DNA from: Eledone cirrhosa
Lineage: Eukaryota
Length of the DNA stretch: 32,104 nt
Assembly: GCA_964016885.1 (NCBI GenBank)
Contig: CAXHJY010000638.1
Location: 1-32,104 of the forward strand
Direction: 5' to 3'
Both the position numbers and the translations under genes were made by a program. Of the stretch, positions 31,495 to 32,104 are shown one piece after another. Position 1 is the stretch's first letter. Each line of letters opens with the position of its first letter. The notes under the pieces were generated by a model. That model did no database searches. It saw only the letters and a list, made by a program, of their open reading frames with translations, and was not told the DNA's origin.

Positions 31495-31565
31495 CTATAT
31501 ATATATATTCTATATACTATATATATATATATATATATATAGAATATATATATATATATAGAATA
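29645..31565. repeat. ~1.9 kb (TA)nGAA satellite with variant subarrays
   Basis: Repeated gaatatatata with variants gaataaata, gaatttata, gagagagaa and tagtata. Orientation flips occur at 31260-31560. Confidence 0.95.

Positions 31566-32104
<539 letters not shown>

Overview
Non-coding, extremely AT-rich eukaryotic DNA. The SINE sequences resemble octopus families as I remember them, so a coleoid cephalopod origin is an inference, not a database result. About half the window is (TA)n-based microsatellite or satellite (1-8130, 9090-9960, 25596-26485, 29050-32104). I cannot support any protein-coding gene: the long I/Y/L-rich ORFs are microsatellite artefacts. The sequence between the arrays is mostly mobile-element material: five tRNA-type SINE copies or fragments; a three-copy repeat (one inverted, two tandem) whose consensus matches a minimal type I hammerhead ribozyme of the Penelope-like or non-LTR retrozyme kind (12387-12802); a young 1.78 kb Foldback-type element (27274-29049); four unrelated palindromic MITE-like elements lying beside TA tracts; and a diverged ~550 bp inverted pair 16.9 kb apart that ends in a palindrome. 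The recurring theme is fold-back symmetry at many scales, often centred on self-complementary (TA)n tracts. All alignments were done by eye.
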